From Octopus sinensis (Eukaryota): DNA of 64,000 nt. The notes under the pieces are model-generated. The model saw only the letters and a program-made list of their open reading frames with translations, made no database searches and was not told the DNA's origin. The translations under genes and the position numbers were made by a program. The stretch covers positions 3,100,001 to 3,164,000 of the forward strand of contig NC_043007.1 of assembly GCF_006345805.1 (NCBI RefSeq), given 5' to 3'. Position 1 is the stretch's first letter; each line of letters starts with the position of its first letter. Positions 54,609 to 64,000 of the stretch are shown here, one piece after another.

Positions 54609-55949
54609 GCGTGTGCTTGTATGTGCGTTGATAAATCGAGAGAAATTATATTTGTCATAGATATGTGATCCACAGACAGATTCTATGGATATCTAATTCC
54701 ACGTCTCCATTGATACACAATAATATCCTGTAAATCATAATGATCCCGATAATAATAGCTGCTGAACATGCTATTTCAATAACAAATTATTAATGATGCT
54801 AGAGTCTGTTCAATAACCATTGAAAATTATTTGCAATAATTTTCTCTGTCCATTCTGGATACATTTCCTCGCGAATATATGATTGAACATAACTATTCTA
54901 GCCGATATTCTAGTTATAACACACCTTATTAGCTTAAATACATCACGTATTGATCATCTCCCAATAGAAATTGCTGTTAATCATTTTCTAATCAATAATG
55001 AGTTTCATTATGTTTCAACTCGTTATGAAAGTATTCAAGAAACGATGAATCTCTTCAGAAAATCTATATAATAATTGCTCAAAAGAATATATTAGACTTT
55101 GTACGTATGGTAATAAGATCTGTATCAATTTCATTTCCTCTTTAGGAATGTACAGATATTTAAACGAGCCATTCCATGTGAGGAAATTAGATTCCATTCC
55201 GATAAATTTCTCAAGTTAAATTTTTCAACGGTAAAACAAAATGATATAAATACAAGAAAGGAATTCTTTCTTAGATTCGTTTCAATATTGATTACGTATA
55301 GATATTTTTTTTCAATAAAATACATTGAATACTTATGCCAATATCGCGAATATTTATTTGAAGTTACTTTGATATAATTCTTAAAGCTAGACCTAAAAGA
55401 GTTTAAACGTAGAACTGAAATATTCAAATAATTGGAATGGCGGTACTGAATCTTGTTATCAGACGTTCATTCTAAAACATTATCACCGAGACATAGGAGA
55501 GAAAATACACTTTTAATAGCGTTTAGAAAGCAGCATGGAATTAATATTTCTGTCTCGAATGGAACGATATATCATCGTATGAATGTGAAACTTTCTTGAG
55601 AAGCTAGCTCTAAACTTTGAAATACAATCGAGGAAAGAAAAAAACAAAGCAGGCGGAATAAATACAGAACGGCGCTGTTTACAGTTACCCTGAAGCTGAC
55701 AGCACAAAGAAATGTGTTTAGGGGATTCATACGATATTTAGTGAACTCCCTAATGTTACTTATTTTGAAACCCTCTTAGATTCGGCCTGGATTTCACTAT
55801 GTCATTATCAACTCTTCAAAATATCTAAATATGCAAGGTTTAGTATATATAATAAAATTTTCATTCAGATCACGATAATGTAGCTCTAAAATATATTATC
55901 TCGCTCTTAACAGGGAGACCATTCAATATCATTGACAGTGAGATATATG

Positions 55950-58200
55950 CCGCGTCCATAAATATACCTTCCGATGAGCAATTACGTTCTGAAATCTAAC
56001 CTCGTAATGAATGGGCTACAAATGTGTTCCATAGCGGAGTTGATACAGTAATGCATACACGTCCTTAGTTTGATATTACTGACCGTAAAATTCCTATTAC
56101 ACCTTTTGCGGGAGTGAGAGGCCATTAAAATGTTATGCAATTCGCTGCATTTTATCGATATTGTTATAAAAGCTTTTATAATGCATCGAGTTTATTATGT
56201 AAAGTGTGTTATTAACTGTGCCTACATAGAACGTCTGTTCTATACTATAGCAGCTATTTGTTACTGTTCTACACAACGTCAGGAGTTCTAGCATGTTCTT
56301 AAAATTTTAGTAAAATTATTATTCTTGTTGGAACGCCGTGCACAATTTATCGATGACGTCATTTTTATTCTCGTTTTTCCTCTTCCGCTATTTTGGAGAT
56401 ATTCGTGAGAATGAACGTGTAACCTGGGAGCTTTTTGAGATATTCATATGTAGGTGTTTTCGTTGAACAGTTGAAAATATAAAACAGGACGCATGTTTTC
56501 CTTTCCGTCTTTAATGAAAATATCACCTAAAAGTAATTTTTTTACTACCCACAAGGGGCTAAACACAGAGGGAACAAACAAGGACAGACAAACGGATTAA
56601 CTCGATTACATCGACCCCATTGCGTAACTGGTAATTAATTTATCGACCCTGAAAGGATAAAAGCCAAAGTCGACCTCGGCGGAATTTGAACTCAGAACGT
56701 GATGGCAGACGAAATACAGCTACACTTTTCGCCCGGCGTGCTAACGATTCTGCCGGCTCGCCGCCTAAATGTATTTGCTAGTTTGCTTAGGCGCGTTCTG
56801 TTGCAAGCATAGCATTAATTTACCTGGGTCATTGCGTCCGGTACCTTTACCAATATTATCCGTTTTGAAAGAGGCGTATCTTCTTACTACTAAATACTTC
56901 CAGTTACCTTCACTCGTATACAGATTCATTACTTAGGAATGGGTCGGGGCTGGACATGCAATGTTTAATTGTCATTTGGTTAGCGTGATTACAGCTTCAT
57001 TAATCTAACTTTATGATGAATTTGTTTTCTCTTAATTTTTGCTTTATCATGTAAATTTGTACTCATTCTAGTCTCACATGAACACACATACTCACACATA
57101 GATGTCATATAATGGTGTATGTGTATGTGCGCTCGCGCGTGTAAAATATATAAGGTGAATGCAGTATAATGACCTTCTATTTGTGTCCCGTTCTTGTCGC
57201 CTTGTTTACATGTTGACCATATTCTATTTAAATGGTTGTAAGATGGCCGCAATAGATTGTTTAATGTTCTTAATTTACTTTTCTAGGTATATTAATAATT
57301 GTACGTTCTAATTAATTATATTCAAGTAGTTGTTTATCTAATTGATTGATCTAATGCATTGGAATAGATAATCGTAATTCTTCTCATGTCGCGTTCAGTT
57401 TTGAATATTATGTACTTTTGTTTGTGAACGATTCGTCATATCAGTTGCAATAAAGTTCAAGATTCTGATTCGGTGATTCAGTATCAAATCTAATTTTATA
57501 TCATTTAAATTTACCGTTATGTTTATGTACGTTTATCACATAGTGTTGATCTCAAACTTTTAATATCACTGCTGAATCCACAATTACAATTTCTTACGGA
57601 TTATTCTTCCCAATGCTGTCCTTTCCATAAAGCAGGTACGCTTATGAAATCAAAACTAGTCCAATAATGGCGATAAATAACTAAAAATACCTTATCTTTC
57701 GGATATAGAGCTTGCTTGATTATATTTCCTTCATCTTGAAACGTGGTAGAAAATTTCATTTACATTGCAGTTGTTGATATACTGCTTTGGCTTCGGCCTG
57801 TTTGCCTGTGACCTATGATTCAAATTGAATTAACGTATGGTATAGCATACATCGTTTTCGGGAATTGCTCTGTATAATAAGATTTTTGTTACCTTTGAAT
57901 TCGACAACTTTTCGCCTTAACAATAGCTGTTCATTACATACGCACCTACTTCGCAGCCTTTCTGCTACTCTTCCATTTTATCAGCTCAACCAATATGTTC
58001 GTAAATAGAGTTATCGACTGTTGTATGCGTGACCGACAAGCAGAAAAACATTTGACGTCGTGCAAGTTGTACATTTGGCATGCGACGCTTTCTCTTGCAT
58101 GATTCATATCAGTTTCCTCGGTGGATATTCTTCATTTGCTTCTATTATAGGCACAGTTAGCAGCAATGATTGCAATAAAGGTGTGTACAATTTTATTTAA
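55950..58200 (-). mobile_element. Possible decayed hAT transposon, interrupted by a SINE
   Basis: HAKCTTC (BED-finger-like) near 58070 and SHSRKRCNRNF (cf. HSNAECERVF dimerisation motif) near 56110; many stops. Confidence 0.35.
56537..56766 (-). mobile_element. SINE family A, full length
   Basis: TTACTACCCACAAGGGGCTAAAC...GCTCGCCGCC. Confidence 0.92.
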
Positions 58201-58299
58201 CACGTGTATTGAATGTCACAGGTAGAAAAACGTCTACTGGGAAAACTGCCTCTGGTCAGGAAATGTGTGTGGAAAGCTCACCACTAAGTTATGAATGAC

Positions 58300-59700
58300 A
58301 TAATCGATCCAGAAGGCACGTGTTTCGGCATGGTTACACTTCATCAGCTATGACCACGGAAATTCATCGCTCACGGCCCACTAAAAATTGGCTGCTCTTA
58401 TATTTAAACAGCAATTAATACATCAAATATAATTGTAGTTATATATATTTGAATCACCGCTCCTTAGCGTGCTTTTAACTCCAGTTTCACAAAGCCTTGC
58501 ACACATGATCGACAGATCCAATGCCCATAGGTGATGAAGCACAACGATGTAGAAACAAATGTTTCGCTCCCACGATATCATTCGTAGACCAGGGATGTGT
58601 TTTCTCACATATGTTGTCTATAAGGAAGAATTTCTCACCACAGACAATTTTTGTAGTGGAGTCTTACTATGTTGCAATGTACACGAACGTGTTAAATATA
58701 ACTGTAGACGTCTACATATTTTTGTTTTATTTTTAGTTTGTTTTAATTCATATTATCCATATTATTTCCTCTAGATTCTATTTGGGATTTTATATGTGCT
58801 AGATTTGGCATGTGCAGTGCTGCGATGCTACCTCTTGCTTAAACTTGTTTGCCTGAAACGTATTCATGTAAGACTTCTTCATAGACGTTGGTTTCTTTTT
58901 CCTTTGTGTCCGGAAAGACCATTTCGCTTGTGATGTTCTGTGGTGATAGTTCTTGCTCAAAACTGTTTTCCTGTGAAGCATTCATATAAAAGTACGTCAT
59001 ATCCATTGGTCTATCTGTTTCTGCTGTTCTGAATGACGTTTTTATTTAAGATTAATATTTCGAGAAGATTTCGCTTCAATAGATTTAATTACTCGCATTT
59101 CATAGTGTAATTCACACAACATTGCTGTTTCTCACAAACGTAAGTGTAACATGTTTTTATTGATATTTATATTAATATCCACAAAGAATCACTTCTATAT
59201 TTTTGCGCTCTTCTAAATTGGTTCTTTGCGTTTTTTTTAAATTGTTTTGCTTCGTTCTTGCTCTTATGGTCGCATGCACTTTGTTATTATAAACAGCAAA
59301 GACCTGAACAATATAAGGAAGACTAAACACGTATTCATTGCATTTGATGGGAAGTAAATAACGCAATTATATTGTAACGGGTATCTAACTTTTGGTTTTG
59401 TGTTCCGTGAGATTATTGCAATTTTTGTTTATTGTTTTATTTTGGTTTTCCTTTCTGTTTCACGGAACTGTATAAATATCCGTAAATTTTGAAATACAGG
59501 CTGGTGTTCTTGGTGTCGTTAATATTTTCTTTTTGTAATATACCGTTAACAGATCTCTGTAATCCGTTGATTTGTGGTGTGTAAAATAGTAACGTAGATT
59601 TGTCGTATATGTAGGTTTGAAAGCCAACTCAGGCGATCTTGACTTCCTGGCAAAACCGTAGTGGTTGGATTTGTATATTGTTACCAAACTCGGCCTCCCT
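58300..59700 (-). mobile_element. Decayed Penelope-like element remnant (GIY-YIG-like fragment plus downstream hammerhead core)
   Basis: LAFKPTYTTNLRYYF (PLE linker-like), YLLPIKC...PYIVQ...VHATIR (GIY-YIG-like), and CTGATGA...CGAAACACGTG at 58347-58317. Confidence 0.45.
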
Positions 59701-60329
59701 TATATACCTACACGGCTCCAAAGAAAAACTTAGCAGCAGGGAAATCGCAGCCCAGCAAACTAACATGTCCAGAGAAGAATTTGTACACAGCCAGGTGTCT
59801 TCAAAACACGCGTCTCACAGAATGTAGTTCTTTGTGAAATAATTTCACACTGACCGAATTCTTCTCACTACTTGCCTCCACACGGAGACCAGGCCCTCCT
59901 TATGTACTCTTGCATTAATCTAGAATCTTCTAAACAAACTTCTTGCACAGCAGGTGCTCCACTGCGCAGCATGTTGGAAGTTGCCATTATCCAAATCTGT
60001 CAGAAAACGTAGGAAAAAATGGACTTAACCGATAGCACTATAATGGAATCCTATTGTAGAAGTGAGCCAACTAAAATAGGGTAACGGAAAAGAATGAACA
60101 AAATTAGAACATGGAATGACTGGTTCCCTATAACAGAGTAAAGACTTCCAGGCCAAAATAACGTAATCGTAAAAAGGTAGTGTTTATCCCAATTGACGCT
60201 GGATAAGATGTCGACAATATTGAAAGCGTGTGAACGTAACCACTCTGAACACGAAGAACGAAACAAAACAGAATAAGAACAGTGATTAACGGAAGAACCA
60301 GTAACCACCAACAAAATAAGATCTGCCTG

Positions 60330-61050
60330 GATGGTGGAAAATTCTAGTTTGTGGTAGAAAAGACTATTTACAGAGAAGAAAGTAACTTATTACTACACCT
60401 TAACGAGGCACGAAGTAACAAAAGAAAGATGCTACAAGCCCCACGGGGAATCGAAAGGGGAAACCTTATTATAAAGTAGTGAAATAGATAGACGAACTGC
60501 TACCGAAAATCTACATCGGGAACATAATAGATGTAAACGACCTCATATACTACGCACCATCGGTCTCTGAAGAAATTCTTAGGGTTAAAAGCGAAATAAA
60601 AAACAAAAGAAAAAGCTCCATGGTAGGAACGAATGCTTTAGAATCAAATTAAAACAGCTCCAGAAAGGCCTTGGATGGATACATGTAATCATTGTAAAGA
60701 CAACTGTGAGGGATAAGACGCAAGAACGAACTGTCAAACATGAGACACAAAGCACTGCAAATAGTTAAAGACGAACTAAGACAAAGAAACAAAGCAGTTC
60801 GGATAGAAAACAAAACAAATATCTCAAACCAGAATAAGCAGAATATAGTCTTTAAGAACAACGAAAGAAAAATTGTAAAAAAAAAACTGATCAATGAATG
60901 GGAGCATCCGAGTAATGATAGGCTAGATTCAGAAGCAGCAAGAAAGCTCTGGGCAGAAATCTGGATCAAATAAATCCAACGTAATTATAAAAACAGTCTG
61001 GTTTCGGGAATCTAAAACTATACTCTACTGGTGCAGTCCTTTTTCTCTAC
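60330..61050 (+). mobile_element. R4/Dong-type LINE fragment (region upstream of RT)
   Basis: IDELLPKIYIGNIIDVNDLIYYA; KAPW*ERM..IKQLQKGLGWI; LRQRNKAVRIENKTNISNQNKQNIVFKNNERK...AARKLWAEIW. Confidence 0.85.
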
Positions 61051-62901
61051 CTCGTCGTGCACTGGTAAGGAATTAAATTAAAAAAATAAGGTATCCTGGC
61101 GATGATATAGCAACATATTGCATACAGCAGAAGTTCATATACGACGTACAAGAGTTGAAGGATAAATTATAAGGTGTTCTGGAGGTGAAGTAAATATATG
61201 GTGAACTGGAAAATGAAGTAAAAAATACGTCGTAACGGGAGATAAGGTATAAAAAATATGGCATCCTGCATATGAAGTAAAAAGTATGACGTACAAAAGG
61301 TAAAGTAAAAAGAAATATGGCCTGCAGGAGATGCAGTATAAAATTATGGTAGCGTGGAGATGAAAGAAAAAAATAAATGGCTTATTTCGAAGGGAAAGTT
61401 TAAAAAGGGTTTGTTTGAATTTGCAAAACATAGAAAAATAAATTGCTTGCGTTGTATTATTAAGCATAGATGTGTTCCAGAAAATTATGAGCAGCAGGTT
61501 TGAAATATTGTTAAGTAATTTAGACTTTCTAAAGCTTTGAGTTATATCCTCTAAACTCTTGGGTGTACGGCGTGTGATCAGGGATTTATACAAGTAACAC
61601 ATTAAAAGTAAATTAATCCATATCCTGTCATCACATTAACACCAATAAGCCACACAGCGCACATTTTGCACAGTTTCTAATAGTTAATGCTAGACAAACC
61701 GTACACTACTTACTATACGTGAAATGCATAATGTCAATCATATAGCACCTAACAAATATATTCATCACCCATCAGACTAATACAACTTACATTGCACATT
61801 CTTTACACAGCGGGATTGCAGTCAATAGAAATAACTTCTTCAGCAATGACACCAGCGTCAATACATACTAATAACAAGAGAGACGACATTATTTGCTGGA
61901 GGTGAACCTCTTCTAAAACATGGGTTAATTTGACCATCGAACAGATGCAGCTCTGCATTGTAAAGACTAAAGCTGTGAGAAGTGAAATGAAACTGGAGGT
62001 TACAATTTACTGTTATTTCCATTTTTTTCATTCATTTTCCAGTTTTATTCCGTGTACACCTTCCCAATTTCGCATTTCTACCGTGCACCATCTCCAATAA
62101 TTTCGAACTTTTTGATCAACAAAAGATTGCTCTGCACAACTAAGCATGGCTCGGTGCCCCTGGAGCTTTAGTCTGTTTTAGTTTTGGCTTTCTATAATAT
62201 TCGAAATATTCTATTTAATATTTCGTTTATATCTAGCTTGTATGCTGTTTATGTGTATAGGTCCAGCGGTTTTGGTCAAGCCTTTTGCTCTGTCGTGCAT
62301 ACATATACATAATTATCCCAGAGGTACAGTAGCATCCTCCTCCTAAGAAATGCTTGTTTCTATAATATCTACTTTTATCCATATTGTTTGTGATCTGAAA
62401 ATACTATCTCACCCCTTTCATGAATATGTAAAAGACCAGTAATATAAACTGCTGCTCGAATCAAATAAACCAATATCAGAATTCAATGACAGAACCTGCA
62501 TATTTACGGCACATTTTGCTTTTTATCAATCTAAGATAAATAAGATCTGTACCAGTAATATAATTTCGTTATCTTATTCTGATATACACGTATGGTACTA
62601 AATTAGGTCTCATATCGATCTAGAGAGTAATCAATATTATATCCACAAATAGAAATGATTATATCCTGCATATTATGATCGGAGAACAGATTCAATGAGA
62701 CGTGAAGTCGGTAGATTATTGAATCGGGGGATTTGGAAAGCGTTTAAAAATGAAAAGGCTTCCAATGTCATTTGATCTTGGAACACTGCAATTAGATCCA
62801 TGAAGCATTCTTATAAATCTTTGAGATTTTATATTTTTCAAGATGCAGACGATGCTTTCATTACACACACACGTATGTAAGTATACTATATATACATATA
62901 T

Positions 62902-62950
<49 letters not shown>

Positions 62951-63018
62951 ATATATATATAGAAATATTAAAATAACTAAGTCTCTCTAAAAGAGAACAG
63001 CGGCAGCGTTCCCGGAAA

Positions 63019-63088
63019 ATAATAGTTATCGCCATACTAATATGGCATTCTTATTTTTATAAGAATGCCATATTAGTATGGCGATAAC

Positions 63089-63094
<6 letters not shown>
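63019..63094. repeat. Perfect 36-bp foldback with TTTT loop at the end of a short repeat, followed by (TA)n
   Basis: ATAATAGTTATCGCCATACTAATATGGCATTCTTAT-tttt-ATAAGAATGCCATATTAGTATGGCGATAACTATTAT. Confidence 0.9.
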
Positions 63095-63144
<50 letters not shown>

Positions 63145-63258
63145 AATATTTGGGAATAAATCCAAACTTACAGGGAAAAATCAGATTTAGGATTGAATCC
63201 AATTTTATAGTAAAATATTATGTTATATTAAATTAGAGACAAAACCACTATTAATTTA

Positions 63259-63308
<50 letters not shown>

Positions 63309-64000
63309 TTTTTATTCAAGCCTAATTGAAAAGTAACCAATTACACTTTTAAGAAAAAAATTAAACTGTAATAATGTTCTCAATCCACTCTCTGTAAATT
63401 TTCGCTTCAAGAAATATGCATTTTGGAAATTAATGTAAGTTTCCAAATTATTAAACTTTAGTTTCAATTATTTTCGCCAGGCATAAATATTCCGAGGGAA
63501 AAAGTGTAAATAATTTATGTGGTGAAATTATAAATACAGTATTTTTCTTCTTTTTTGTATTAACAGGAAAACAAAAAAAACACACACATAAACTCACACA
63601 CATTCACACATACATGCCGGCAGTTGTGTATGAGAATAAACACATCCAGATTCTCTGGGTATCTGTGAATGTGTCTCTGCCTATGTCGGTGAATATTGCA
63701 TCTGTAAGACGGATATTCATATTGTCTTTAATATGTATGCTTGAGCGTGGTGTTTATGGCTCCAGGAATTTCAACCATAAATATAATTTATGAACAATAC
63801 AGTTTTATTTGAATAATAAATATTAAATTCTAATATCATTTAGTAATTTTTTAAAAGTAATATACTGATACGTTGCTGTGAATCTGTGTCTACAAGCAAT
63901 ATGTGTTCTATGTGTAATTGCACGTTATATAACGATATAAAAATTAAACCGAATTTAATTTGTTTTCAATTAAGGAATGCGTTTTAAAATACATCAACAA

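Noticed and set aside
54700-55500. Possible decayed gene or transposase on the minus strand
   Set aside because: No motif could be matched with confidence.
61690-62330. Possible DNA-transposon remnant
   Set aside because: Coding-like composition but no identifiable catalytic motif or termini.
63060-63094. GCCATA-ttag-TATGGC-GATAAC as hammerhead stem II plus GAAAC
   Set aside because: GATAAC is not GAAA and no upstream core is present in the retained sequence.

Overview
AT-rich, microsatellite-saturated animal genomic DNA, most likely from an octopus. This is an inference from the very dense (TA)n/(GATA)n/(CA)n tracts and from tRNA-derived SINE families resembling the octopus OK/OR-type SINEs. 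No host protein-coding gene can be confirmed. Nearly all long ORFs in the track are translations of microsatellites, and only two or three weak exon candidates remain. The window is a transposon graveyard: three SINE families (about 20 copies, two head-to-tail multimers), a Tx1/L1-type LINE 3' end inside a (GATA)n tract, two R4/Dong-type LINE fragments, an internally deleted Helitron, a complete non-autonomous Helitron, nested mariner elements, pogo/Tigger and hAT remnants, several MITE-like palindromes and a decayed Penelope-like element. The most striking signal is not in the ORF track. At least four unrelated short repeat families each fold into a minimal type I hammerhead ribozyme with a palindromic stem III (4.3 kb, 25.2 kb, 35.1 kb, 53.2 kb; weaker or decayed at 41.7, 53.5 and 58.3 kb). 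Three sit in head-to-head foldback duplications whose centre lies just upstream of the ribozyme, and each has a different catalytic-core variant (canonical, G3:C8 swap, U4C, A6U). A second notable signal is that the GATA-embedded LINE shares its last ~50 nt with the most abundant SINE family. All ribozyme calls are manual folds and have not been tested for activity.
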